From: a virus
Taxonomy: Duplodnaviria; Caudoviricetes
DNA: 43,565 nucleotides
IMG/VR virus record: IMGVR_UViG_3300022741_000073
Location: 1-43,565 of that record
Direction: 5' to 3' (one strand)
Below the pieces are notes generated by a model that saw only the letters and a list, made by a program, of their open reading frames with translations, was not told where the DNA came from and ran no database searches. Made by a program: the position numbers and the translations under genes. Positions 18,784 through 27,245 of this stretch are shown here, piece after piece (within the stretch, counting starts at the first letter, position 1; every line of letters starts with the position of its first letter).

Positions 18784-20394
18784 TCAGCCGCCGGCCGCTG
18801 CTGGCTCTGGCTGGTCGTTTTCGGTTGGATCCGGGGTGGGCATGAAGTTGACCTCGGGCAGGGTCAGCCCGCGCGCCTTCAGCGCCTCCTGCTCCAGCGC
18901 GATCTGGTCCAGCAGGTCGTCGAGGTCGCGGCCCTGGTCCAGCGCCTCGTCGCGCAGGGTGGAGATGCCGAGCCGCACCCGCATCGCCGCGGCGGTGATT
19001 TCCTTCACCGGGTCCACCCAGCCGCGCGCCGGCCCGCGCCACACCCCGCGCAGCCACGCCTGCCGCCGCGCCCGGCTTTCCGAGAAGCCCGGCAGGTCGA
19101 GGTAGCCGCGCCACACCGCTTCCTCCAGCACCAGGTCGAGCGTCGGCCGGCACCAGGTCAGGGTTTTGTGCATGCGCAGGAACAGCACGAAGCGCCAGCC
19201 CTCCAGCAGCGACGCGCGGGCGCTGGAGTAGTTGGTCTTGCTGAAATCGCGCATGAACGTCTCGTAGGTCATGCCGATGCCGGTGGCGATCAGCCGGCTG
19301 ACCGTGGTCACGAACCCGTCCATGCCGGCGCTGGGACGGTTGGACGAGTAGCCCTTCAACGACTCGCCCGGCAGCAGGCGCGGGATGGCGCCGCCCGGGC
19401 CGATGCCGAGTTGCATCGACGGCTGGGCGTTGCGCATGTCCATGTAGCTGTTGGCGTCGCCGAACAGGTCCAGCAGCGTCTGGCCGTCGGCCGGGGTTTC
19501 CAGCACCGCGGCGATCACCGCATTCACCACCGCCGCCTGCAGCTCGGCCCGCTGGAACCGGGCGCGTTGCTTCAGCTCGGTCATCACTGGCGCGAAGACC
19601 GACACGCCACGGTGCTGACCTGGGCGCTTCTGGTCGAAGGAATGGATCACCACCCGCCGCCCGCCCGGCCCGCGCAACGGCACCCGCTGCCACTCCGCCG
19701 CCGCCATCGCCCACGGCATGAACAGGTCGCCCGGGTGGCTGCTGCGGACATGGTAGGCGATAGGGGCGCCGTATTCGTCGATCTCGACGCCGTCGCGCAG
19801 GCGCGGATCGCCGATGCGGTCCTGCGGGTTGGACAGCCGGTCGGCCTCCACCGTCTGCATGACGGTGGCGAAGCGGCTGCCCAGCCGGCGCTGCCGCTCC
19901 GGCAGCCACAGCGCCAGCTGCAGGCTTTCGCCGGCGACGAGGTCGGACTGCACCGACTGGCGCAGCATCGCGCCGAAGGGCAGCTGGCCGGTGACGTCGC
20001 AGGCGTCGCGGTCCTCGCTCCACTCGTGCCAGATGGATTCGATGCGCCGGGCGGCGTCCTGCGCTTGGTCGCGGCCGATGCCCAGCGCGCGATAGTCCGG
20101 CATCGACTGGAAATCCAGCCCGAAGCCGATGGCGCTGTCCTTCAGCGACTGGACCGCGCCGGAGACCAGGGCGTCGTTGCGTTCCAGGTCGCGGGCGCGG
20201 GCGACGATGGTCTGACGGTCGCCGTCGAGGTCGGCATCGGGCGAGCCCGCCGCCGGCGTCCAGTCGCGCAGCTCGGGCGCATTGCCCGATCCGGCGAGAA
20301 AGGCGCCCATGGCCGCCTGCGCCCGCGCCCGCCGAATCTCGGCCTGGGTGATCGGCCGGCCGTGTTGGTCGAGGATGACGGGGGCGGTGGCCAT
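18784..20394 (-). CDS. Portal protein, lambda gpB family, 536 aa
   Basis: ARARDLERND, GVEIDEYGAPIAYH, RPGQHRGVS, DFSKTNYSSARASLLE, GWVDPVKE. Confidence 0.95.
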   Translation of the reverse strand: MATAPVILDQHGRPITQAEIRRARAQAAMGAFLAGSGNAPELRDWTPAAGSPDADLDGDRQTIVARARDLERNDALVSGAVQSLKDSAIGFGLDFQSMPDYRALGIGRDQAQDAARRIESIWHEWSEDRDACDVTGQLPFGAMLRQSVQSDLVAGESLQLALWLPERQRRLGSRFATVMQTVEADRLSNPQDRIGDPRLRDGVEIDEYGAPIAYHVRSSHPGDLFMPWAMAAAEWQRVPLRGPGGRRVVIHSFDQKRPGQHRGVSVFAPVMTELKQRARFQRAELQAAVVNAVIAAVLETPADGQTLLDLFGDANSYMDMRNAQPSMQLGIGPGGAIPRLLPGESLKGYSSNRPSAGMDGFVTTVSRLIATGIGMTYETFMRDFSKTNYSSARASLLEGWRFVLFLRMHKTLTWCRPTLDLVLEEAVWRGYLDLPGFSESRARRQAWLRGVWRGPARGWVDPVKEITAAAMRVRLGISTLRDEALDQGRDLDDLLDQIALEQEALKARGLTLPEVNFMPTPDPTENDQPEPAAAGG

Positions 20395-20627
20395 CAGCCG
20401 ACGATCCCGACATAGGGCGACACCGCCGGCCCGCGCCGGCCCCTGGCCGCATTGATCTGGCGCTCCAGCGAGGCGATGTAGCTGGCCAGCTGGGGGACGT
20501 TGGCCGGGGCGTATTCGACCACGCGGTCGCCGAAGCGCACGCTGACCGTCTGCCGGCCGAGTTGCAGGGCATGGTGCGCGGCCCGCGCGTCGGCGAGCCA
20601 CGCCTCCAGGGTGGTGACGTCGGTCAT
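20394..20627 (-). CDS. Head completion protein (gpW family)
   Basis: ARAAHHALQLG..RVVEY..LASYIASLE; between terminase and portal. Confidence 0.85.
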   Translation of the reverse strand: MTDVTTLEAWLADARAAHHALQLGRQTVSVRFGDRVVEYAPANVPQLASYIASLERQINAARGRRGPAVSPYVGIVG

Positions 20628-22693
20628 AGGTAGAGTTCCCCTTTGTCGGTCGAGGCCGGCGGCGCCGGTTGGACAGTCGCGGCCGGCTGGGCGGGCTGGC
20701 TCAGCCTGCGCGCCCGGGCGACCGCCGCGGCGATGGCGTCGGCCGGCGTCGACTCAGCGCCGGTGTCGTCCGTGTCAGTCGCCGGCACCGCATCGGCCTC
20801 GCCCAGCTTCACGTATTTGCCGGATAGGGCCTGCAGGCCGCACACCGCGGCGTAGGCGTAGACGAAGCACACCCCGGCCTCATGGGCCTCGGCCGGCTTC
20901 TGCCACACCGTGTATTGCTGCCCGCGCGGGACGATCAGCCGCTCGCGGGTCAGCTGGGCGAAGAACTCATCGTCCAGCTCGCGGGCGCCGTCGATGGCAG
21001 CTTGCGGGAAATGCACATGGCGCGGCCCGATCCTGTCCACCGCCAGGCTGCCATAGGCCCAGTCACGCGCGGCGTTGCCGCCGATCATGTACCAGACATG
21101 GCCGAGCTTGCTGGACGGCTTGCGCGGCCACACCTTGCCCCGCTGGCCCCGGCTTTCCGAGCGGCCCTTGATCGCCCACACCCGCCGGGAGCGGCGCTTG
21201 TTGGCGAAGGCATAGACCTCCTGCGTGTGGTGGCCGCCGCTGTCGATGCAGCTGGCCCGCACGTCCAGCGTGCTCCCGTCCGGCTTGCGGAACCGGCGCA
21301 GCAGCACCTGCTCGTCCAGCGCCGCCCACACCTCGCCCTTGGCCGGATCGCCCGGCAGGACGAAATGGCCGATCAGCCAGACCTCCAGCCCGCGGCCCCA
21401 ACCGTAGACGGAGGCCTCCAGACGCGGGTTGACCTTGCCGGACTGGACGTCCACCCCGACGGTGATGAACTCGACAGCCGCCGGCACCTCGGCCGGGTAC
21501 GGCTCCATGCGGTCGATGAAGCTGCCGCTCTTGATTTCCTGCCCGTAGGTTGCCCGGTAGGGGCGGCCCAGCCGCAGATTCATGAAGGGCTGCACCAGGC
21601 TGGCCGGGTCGGCCTGCGCCTCCAGCCATTCCTGGACGATCACCGGCCAGGCGGCATTGGGATTGAGCGACATGCCCGTCCACAGATGCATGCCGACATG
21701 CCCGGGCACCTTGGCCCTGGCGGTCGGGCGCCATTCGCCGTTGGCGTCCATCCACGCCTTGTGGCGCTCGTCGATGACGCAGCCGCAGGTGCCGACGTAC
21801 CACACCTTGTCCAGGGTGCCCTCGGCGTCCAGGCTCCATTTCAGCCCGTGCGGCACGTCCGGCCCGCCCCAGTCCAGATACTGCCAGCCGTCGAGCTGGC
21901 CGGCCGCGTCCGAGCATTGCGGGCAGGGCACGAAGTAGCGCCGCTGGTCCGAGGCCAGCCACAGCTTCCACACCCGGCTCGTCTCGTACAGCAGCGGGGT
22001 CGAGCCGCGCACCATCGAGCGGTTCCAGAAGGTCTCGCCGCGCGTCCAGAACAGCTTCAGCTTGTCGCCCTGGGTCTTGACCCCGGGCGTCCAGCCGTCG
22101 CCGTCGATTTCGTCGGCGAAGAGGAAGCGGGCCGAGTAGCGGCGGAAGGCATCGTCCGACGCGGCGCCGACCACGCGCACGCTGGCGCCGTTGCTCAGCT
22201 GGTAGAAGGCGGCGTTGTCCTGCTTTTCCCCCTTCTTCACCTGCCGCATCAGCGGCTTCAGCACCGGCGTGTCGCGCAGCATCGGGGCGATTTCCCCGCT
22301 GCCGAAGTCTTCCGCGTCCGGGATCGTCGGCTGGGCGATGGCGCACAGCGTCGGGTCCTGGTGCAGGTGGTAGCCCACCGCCAGCGTGGCGCAGCGCGTG
22401 TAGCCGACGCGCGCCGCCTTCAGCACGGTCAGCAGCGGCACCGCCGGATCGCACATGGCGTCCACCAGCCCGCGCTGGTAGCCGTAGAGCGTCACCTTGC
22501 CGTGCTCGGCCCCGGTGCCCTTCGGGATCCAGCCGAAGCGTTCCGCCCACACCGAGCCGCTCATCCGCTCCTGGAACTTCAGGCTGCCCTCGAACAGGGC
22601 CAGCAGCGCCTGGCGCAGCTCGCCCCGTCCGGTCCGGTAGTCGCCGTGCCGGTGGGCGCTGACCCGCGCCGCCGCCTCAGAGCCCCGGCTCAT
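20624..22693 (-). CDS. Terminase large subunit, lambda gpA family
   Basis: KAARVGYT Walker A, FADEID Walker B, GSTP, SDQRRYFVPCP, GVDVQ, CIDSGG. Confidence 0.96.
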   Translation of the reverse strand: MSRGSEAAARVSAHRHGDYRTGRGELRQALLALFEGSLKFQERMSGSVWAERFGWIPKGTGAEHGKVTLYGYQRGLVDAMCDPAVPLLTVLKAARVGYTRCATLAVGYHLHQDPTLCAIAQPTIPDAEDFGSGEIAPMLRDTPVLKPLMRQVKKGEKQDNAAFYQLSNGASVRVVGAASDDAFRRYSARFLFADEIDGDGWTPGVKTQGDKLKLFWTRGETFWNRSMVRGSTPLLYETSRVWKLWLASDQRRYFVPCPQCSDAAGQLDGWQYLDWGGPDVPHGLKWSLDAEGTLDKVWYVGTCGCVIDERHKAWMDANGEWRPTARAKVPGHVGMHLWTGMSLNPNAAWPVIVQEWLEAQADPASLVQPFMNLRLGRPYRATYGQEIKSGSFIDRMEPYPAEVPAAVEFITVGVDVQSGKVNPRLEASVYGWGRGLEVWLIGHFVLPGDPAKGEVWAALDEQVLLRRFRKPDGSTLDVRASCIDSGGHHTQEVYAFANKRRSRRVWAIKGRSESRGQRGKVWPRKPSSKLGHVWYMIGGNAARDWAYGSLAVDRIGPRHVHFPQAAIDGARELDDEFFAQLTRERLIVPRGQQYTVWQKPAEAHEAGVCFVYAYAAVCGLQALSGKYVKLGEADAVPATDTDDTGAESTPADAIAAAVARARRLSQPAQPAATVQPAPPASTDKGELYL

Positions 22694-23195
22694 CGCCCCA
22701 GCTCTTGACCAGCTCGTCGCGGGCGGCGTCGAAGGCCCGGTTGATTTCCGTCTCCGCCATCGCCTGGATTTCCGGCGCCCCGGTCATCGCCGCGGCGCGG
22801 CCGGCGATCTTCGCCACCGCATTCGACAAGCCGGTGCGCAGCCCGATGCAGAAGCCGGCGACGTCGGCCGCGGCCTCATGACGGTTCACCACCTCGTTCA
22901 GCGCCTCGTCCGCCTTGATCTCGGCCACCACCGCATCGGCCACCGCCTTGCGGCGCTTGGCCTCGTCTGCGGTGATGACGCCGATCTCGCCCTCGTAGCC
23001 GGCGGCGACGTCGGCCACGGCGCGGTCCACCAGCCAGCGGTGAACGTCGGCGGTCGCAAACGCCCATTCCCGGCCCTTGGCCCCCTTCTCCGCGAAGGGG
23101 CAGCCGTCGCGCACCCACGCGTCGACGGTGGGCAGGCTGACGCCGAACAGGTCGGCCAGCTCCGCCCGGTTCACCCGTTGGCCCGGTTTGGACAT
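22677..23195 (-). CDS. Terminase small subunit, Nu1-like
   Basis: VNRAELADLFGVSLPTVDAWVRDGCP winged HTH; overlaps the large subunit start. Confidence 0.92.
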   Translation of the reverse strand: MSKPGQRVNRAELADLFGVSLPTVDAWVRDGCPFAEKGAKGREWAFATADVHRWLVDRAVADVAAGYEGEIGVITADEAKRRKAVADAVVAEIKADEALNEVVNRHEAAADVAGFCIGLRTGLSNAVAKIAGRAAAMTGAPEIQAMAETEINRAFDAARDELVKSWGDEPGL

Positions 23196-23227
23196 AAACA
23201 AAAACCTCGATTCAAAATTTTCTCAGA

Positions 23228-23283
23228 GGGGGGACCGGTGCGGCCCGAATTACCCTCGTGGGTGGTCCCCCCCGGAAGGACCC
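23228..23283 (-). other. Putative cos packaging site
   Basis: Exact lambda cosQ heptamer GGGTCCT (23283-23277) upstream of the small terminase gene, plus inverted repeat GGGGGGACC/GGTCCCCCC. Confidence 0.6.
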
Positions 23284-23284
23284 G

Positions 23285-24031
23285 TCACCGCCGGGCGGCG
23301 AAGCGGGCGTTGACCGTCCGCACCGCCTCCTCCAGCCGCCGGCCGATGGTGGCCCGCACCGCCCGCTCGACGATGTCGTGGAAGCGGAAGCGCGGGCGGT
23401 AGCTCGGCGCCCGGACGAAGATCACCACCGGCCGGGCATCGGCGCCGTCGCGCTGGTAGATGCCCGGCGGCAGTCCGCCGGCGTTGCCCGGCAGAGCGGC
23501 GAAGTAGCCGTTGCGCCGCCGCTTCTTCCGGCTGCGGGCGCTGTCGCTCCGGTTGGCCGTGTAGCCCTGTTCCCCGAAGGCCCGGGTCTGCGACAGGATG
23601 CGCACCACCTCCGACCGCCGCATGTTGCCGTAGGCGTCCAGCCTGGCTTCCTCGCCGGGGACGGCGAACATACCGGCCGGCAGCAGGCCGGCGGCGCGCA
23701 GCTGGCGCTCCATCCGCTTGTCCCGGCGCGGCCCGCCCTCGACGTTGGGCAGCAGGTAGCGCGCCGCCGGCGTGCCCTTGCCCCAGTCGTCCTTGAAGCC
23801 CACCCACGCCACCGGGTCCGCCTTGGTAGCCGGCCGAACGAAGGTGGCGTTGATCGTGTAGGGCGTCGGCCGGTCGAAGGTCTCCGGCAGTGCCCGCTGC
23901 ACCGCCAGCTTTGCGTCCTGTGCAGTCCTAGTCAGCGCCATTGGCAGGGCGTAGCGGGTGAGCTGGTCGCCGTACTGGCGAATGGCCGCCTTCACCTGGT
24001 CGGCAGAGGCCCGGATCCGTGCGTCGGCCAT
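23285..24031 (-). CDS. Basic phage morphogenesis-type protein (possible gpZ-like), 248 aa
   Basis: ALTRTAQDAK..FDRPTPYT..Y.PRFRF motif of prophage genes that precede terminase. Confidence 0.55.
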   Translation of the reverse strand: MADARIRASADQVKAAIRQYGDQLTRYALPMALTRTAQDAKLAVQRALPETFDRPTPYTINATFVRPATKADPVAWVGFKDDWGKGTPAARYLLPNVEGGPRRDKRMERQLRAAGLLPAGMFAVPGEEARLDAYGNMRRSEVVRILSQTRAFGEQGYTANRSDSARSRKKRRRNGYFAALPGNAGGLPPGIYQRDGADARPVVIFVRAPSYRPRFRFHDIVERAVRATIGRRLEEAVRTVNARFAARR

Positions 24032-24043
24032 GGGCAGCAGACC

Positions 24044-24307
24044 TTACGGCTTGCGGTTCCCGCCGCCGTCAAAGTGTTCACGCGTGAACAGTTTGGATGG
24101 CCGGCGGAGGCGGTCCCGGACGTCGAGCGCCAGCAGCACCAGGCGCCCGGCCACCAGCGCCACCGTGCCCCAGAAGGCCAGTTCCTGCGCCGGCCCGTGC
24201 AGGGCATCGAGCCACCAGCCCATGGTGCCGCCGATGGTGACGATGACGCCGTCGGTGGCGGTTCGGGCGGTGAGGCCGTGCATCACGTCCTCCAGCTGCA
24301 TGGTCAT
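24044..24307 (-). CDS. Small membrane protein, candidate holin, 87 aa
   Basis: ATGA overlap with the MTase stop; two hydrophobic segments and a basic C-terminus. Confidence 0.45.
   Translation of the reverse strand: MTMQLEDVMHGLTARTATDGVIVTIGGTMGWWLDALHGPAQELAFWGTVALVAGRLVLLALDVRDRLRRPSKLFTREHFDGGGNRKP
24071..24094. repeat. parS-like palindrome, copy 2 (TGTTCACGCGTGAACA)
   Basis: Perfect 16-bp palindrome at 24075-24090 with AAA/TTT flanks; matches the copy upstream of parA. Confidence 0.6.
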
Positions 24308-25095
24308 GCCGCCAGCTCCTCGGTGAGGTTGGCCAGCCGCTGCCAACCGGCCTCGAAATAGCGCCGGTCGCGCTCGATGCCGATGAAGCGCCGGCCCGTG
24401 GTCAGGGCGGCATGGCCGGCCGACGCGCTGCCGAAGAACGGGTCGAGCACCGTCTCGCCCGGCGGGCAGACGGTGCCGATCAGCTCGGCCAGCAGCCCCA
24501 CCGGCTTCTCCGTCGGGTGGGCACCGAACCGCACCGGCGCATGGCGCAGCACGTTGGCCACGTTCCGGCGCAGCGGCTCGCTGCCCTTGCCCTTGGTGAA
24601 GTGATGGATCAGCTCGTGCTGGTGACGGAAGTGCGTGCCCATGCCGAAATAGGTCTTGTCCCACACCAGCAGCCCCACCCGCTTCAGGTCGGCGCTTTCC
24701 ATGGCGTCGGCCGCATGGCCGGACAGGAACAGCGAGGCCTCGCCCCCGTCGATGGCATCGGCCAAATGATCGCCCATGCGCCAGTCGATGAAGGCCAGCA
24801 CATGGCCGCCCGGCTTCAGCACCCGCTGCCACTCCATGGCGCAAGTGCGCAGCAAATGGAGGAAGCCGCGCGTGCTCAGGCTGTCGGAGCCGAACCATCG
24901 GTCACCGCCGCCGCGGCTGCCGGGCGTCATCGTCTTGTTGTAGGCCGTCTTGCCGGCCTCGCGGGTGGCGCCGCTGGAATAGGGAACATCGGTCAGCACC
25001 AGGCTGACCGAGCTGTCGGGCAGCTCCCGCATCCGGTCGATGCAGTCGCCCAGCATCAGCGTCGCGGCGCCGATCGTCACGGAATGGGAGGTCAT
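24304..25095 (-). CDS. Orphan DNA methyltransferase (N6-A/N4-C, beta class)
   Basis: GDCID, LTDVPY (DPPY-like), HPTEKP, VLDPFFGS, FIGIE. Confidence 0.9.
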   Translation of the reverse strand: MTSHSVTIGAATLMLGDCIDRMRELPDSSVSLVLTDVPYSSGATREAGKTAYNKTMTPGSRGGGDRWFGSDSLSTRGFLHLLRTCAMEWQRVLKPGGHVLAFIDWRMGDHLADAIDGGEASLFLSGHAADAMESADLKRVGLLVWDKTYFGMGTHFRHQHELIHHFTKGKGSEPLRRNVANVLRHAPVRFGAHPTEKPVGLLAELIGTVCPPGETVLDPFFGSASAGHAALTTGRRFIGIERDRRYFEAGWQRLANLTEELAA

Positions 25096-25132
25096 TGCGA
25101 AACCCTTGGATTTCAGCCGTTTTTCAGAGGTC

Positions 25133-25162
25133 AGCTTGCGATAATGCTGATTTTCGCAAGCT
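25133..25162. other. dif/res-like tyrosine recombinase core site
   Basis: GCTTGCGATAA-TGCTGA-TTTTCGCAAGC: 11-bp inverted arms (1 mismatch) around a 6-bp spacer, intergenic, about 0.5 kb from a tyrosine recombinase gene. Confidence 0.6.
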
Positions 25163-25167
25163 CGATT

Positions 25168-25689
25168 TCAGGTCGTTCCGACCATTAGCGGCTTGACGAA
25201 GAAGGCATCGTTCCCGCCCTCGATGGAGACGCCGGGAATGGTCACCGCCACCTTCGGTTCCGCCAGTAGTGCCGCCCGATCGACTTCGTTCTTGGTCCGG
25301 AGGAACCGCCGCAGCTTGCGGTCTTCCTCCAAGTGCTTCAACAGCGCGTCCACATCGGCCACTACCACCTTGGCCGTCGTCTTCTTCGTGCCGATCATAC
25401 CGGTGGACAGCGCCACCGACTTCTTGGTCCCGGTCAGCAGGCTGGAGCGGTTGGCGTCGAAGTAGCCGCGCAGCAGCTCGGTGTCGGCGGCGATCGCCGT
25501 GCGCAGCGGCGCCGCCGCAGTCTCGTAGGCGAGGTTCGCCTGGGCGACAGCCACGTCCAGCGCGGCTTTCAGCCGTCCCAGCTGCGCCTGCGCAGCGCCG
25601 ATCCGGCCGACAACGGCCGCGGCCTGGTCCTGGGTGCGCACCCTCGTCGGTGCCGGCTTGCGCACCGGAGCGGCGATGGTCTCGCCCAT
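25168..25689 (-). CDS. gam: Mu Gam-like host-nuclease inhibitor, 173 aa
   Basis: Coiled N-terminus, KKSVALSTGMIG, FLRTKNEVDRAALL, IPGVSI..FFVKP. Confidence 0.8.
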   Translation of the reverse strand: MGETIAAPVRKPAPTRVRTQDQAAAVVGRIGAAQAQLGRLKAALDVAVAQANLAYETAAAPLRTAIAADTELLRGYFDANRSSLLTGTKKSVALSTGMIGTKKTTAKVVVADVDALLKHLEEDRKLRRFLRTKNEVDRAALLAEPKVAVTIPGVSIEGGNDAFFVKPLMVGTT

Positions 25690-25690
25690 G

Positions 25691-26689
25691 TCAATCCTCC
25701 GCAATGAGCGCCGCCATCTGGCCAGCCAGATCGGCGCGGTTGTCGTCGTAGATCTGCAGGGTCTGGACGTTGCGGTGCCGGCTGAAGCGCTGCACCGCCC
25801 GGATGTTGCCGTTGCTGGCGTCCAGCGCCGCGGTGATGGCCGAGTGCCGCAGCCCATGCGGCCGGGTGGCGATGCCCACCCCGGCGCCCAACTCGCGAAC
25901 GATCTGATACACGGCGGCGCCGGTCAGCCGACCCTCGCCCCGGCCGGCGGCATCGAGGCGATGGAACAGCGGCCCGGGCTCCTTCCCCCGCACCGCAATC
26001 CACGCCTCGAGCGCCGTCCTGGTGGCGGCCGGCAGGGTGACCCGCTCGCGCTGGGTCCGCCCCTTGCCCAGCACCGCGACGGTGCCGCGCCGGCTCTCGT
26101 AATGCTCCAGGTCCAGCGACACCACCTCGCCGCGGCGCAGGGCCACGTCGTGCAGCAGCCGGACGATGGCCGTGTCGCGCAGGCCCTTGGCGTCGGTGCG
26201 CTCCTTGGCCTGCGCCACCATCGCCCGCACGCCGTCCCGCCCCGGCCCCCGCGTGTCGCGGTAGGTCACGGAGTCGACGTTCTCCGCGTCCAGCGTCCAG
26301 CTGACCAGGCCCAGCGTGTTGCCCAGCTTGACCACCGACCGCAGCGCCGCCAGCCGGCGGTTGACGGTGGCAGGCTGAAGCTGCCGCCGCACCATGTCGG
26401 TGCGGTAGCCCAGCGCCAGGGCGTTGGCCTGCCCATGCTCCACCGCCAGCAGCATCCGCACCGCCTGCTCGGCGGTGGCGGCGAAGTCGGCGAGCCCGTC
26501 CTGCCGGGCCACGAAGGTCCGGAAATCCTCATGATCCCGCCGGTAGGCCCGCACCGTGTTGGCCGAGCGCCCGGCATAGAAGGCGTCCAGCAGGTGCTCC
26601 TGGATGCGGTCCAGCCGCAGCGCCGGGGCGTGGCGGGCGTCGCTGACGTCCTGTCCGGCCGGATCGCCCGGAAGGACGGGAAGGCTCAT
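25691..26689 (-). CDS. Tyrosine recombinase (Xer/resolvase-like), 332 aa
   Basis: SAM-like N domain (SANTVRAYRRD, ATVNRRLAALRS); catalytic LRRGE, GKG, HGLRH, RH, Y. Confidence 0.92.
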   Translation of the reverse strand: MSLPVLPGDPAGQDVSDARHAPALRLDRIQEHLLDAFYAGRSANTVRAYRRDHEDFRTFVARQDGLADFAATAEQAVRMLLAVEHGQANALALGYRTDMVRRQLQPATVNRRLAALRSVVKLGNTLGLVSWTLDAENVDSVTYRDTRGPGRDGVRAMVAQAKERTDAKGLRDTAIVRLLHDVALRRGEVVSLDLEHYESRRGTVAVLGKGRTQRERVTLPAATRTALEAWIAVRGKEPGPLFHRLDAAGRGEGRLTGAAVYQIVRELGAGVGIATRPHGLRHSAITAALDASNGNIRAVQRFSRHRNVQTLQIYDDNRADLAGQMAALIAED

Positions 26690-26868
26690 CCGTCGATGGC
26701 GTCGCGCAGCTCGGCCACACTCATGTCCTCCGGCAGCTCGCGCAGCATCGCCGCGACCTGCTGGCCGAAGAACTCGACGGCCCCATCCGACGGGCACACC
26801 GCCGCCGGCTCGTTGCCACGGGAGAGGCCGGCGCCGGCGGCGACCGCCTCGCGGATCAGCTCGTCCAT
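26686..26868 (-). CDS. Hypothetical protein, 60 aa
   Basis: RBS and ATGA overlap with the recombinase start. Confidence 0.55.
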   Translation of the reverse strand: MDELIREAVAAGAGLSRGNEPAAVCPSDGAVEFFGQQVAAMLRELPEDMSVAELRDAIDG

Positions 26869-26880
26869 CCTGCTGTCCTG

Positions 26881-27135
26881 TCAGGAAAGCCGCGCGACCG
26901 CCCGTGCGTCGGCCGTCCGGCCGGCGGCATGATCGCGCAGCATGTCGAAGAGAGGCGCGCAGTCCTCCACCAGCCCGATCAGCCAGGGCGCCCGGATCCA
27001 GCCCTGCCGGGTCCGGATCTCGATGGCCTCGATGTCGGCGCGGAAGGGTCCGCCCTGGTAGGTGATGCGCACGGCGAAATGACGATCCACCGGGCCGAGC
27101 TGAAGGCACATCACGCCGTCCCATTCGGTCCGCAT
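26881..27135 (-). CDS. Hypothetical protein, 84 aa
   Basis: MRTEWDG start, protein-like composition, operon spacing. Confidence 0.5.
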   Translation of the reverse strand: MRTEWDGVMCLQLGPVDRHFAVRITYQGGPFRADIEAIEIRTRQGWIRAPWLIGLVEDCAPLFDMLRDHAAGRTADARAVARLS

Positions 27136-27153
27136 GGCCAGCCCCCGGACAGC

Positions 27154-27245
27154 GGAAGGCCCGCCGCGGCAGCTGCCGGGCGGGCCTTCCTTCACACGCA
27201 ATTCGTCCCGCTCACCCTGTCAAGGAATTGACCTTTCGTCAAGGA
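27154..27245 (-). promoter_or_regulatory. Putative late control region: TTGAC half-sites plus long hairpin
   Basis: TTGACA at 27223-27218, GTCAAGGA twice, and a GC-rich hairpin at 27154-27190; no clear -10. Confidence 0.35.

Noticed and set aside
15783-22708. Long plus-strand ORFs (674, 825 and 608 aa) over the head genes
   Set aside because: Antisense shadows of clearly identified capsid, portal and terminase genes.
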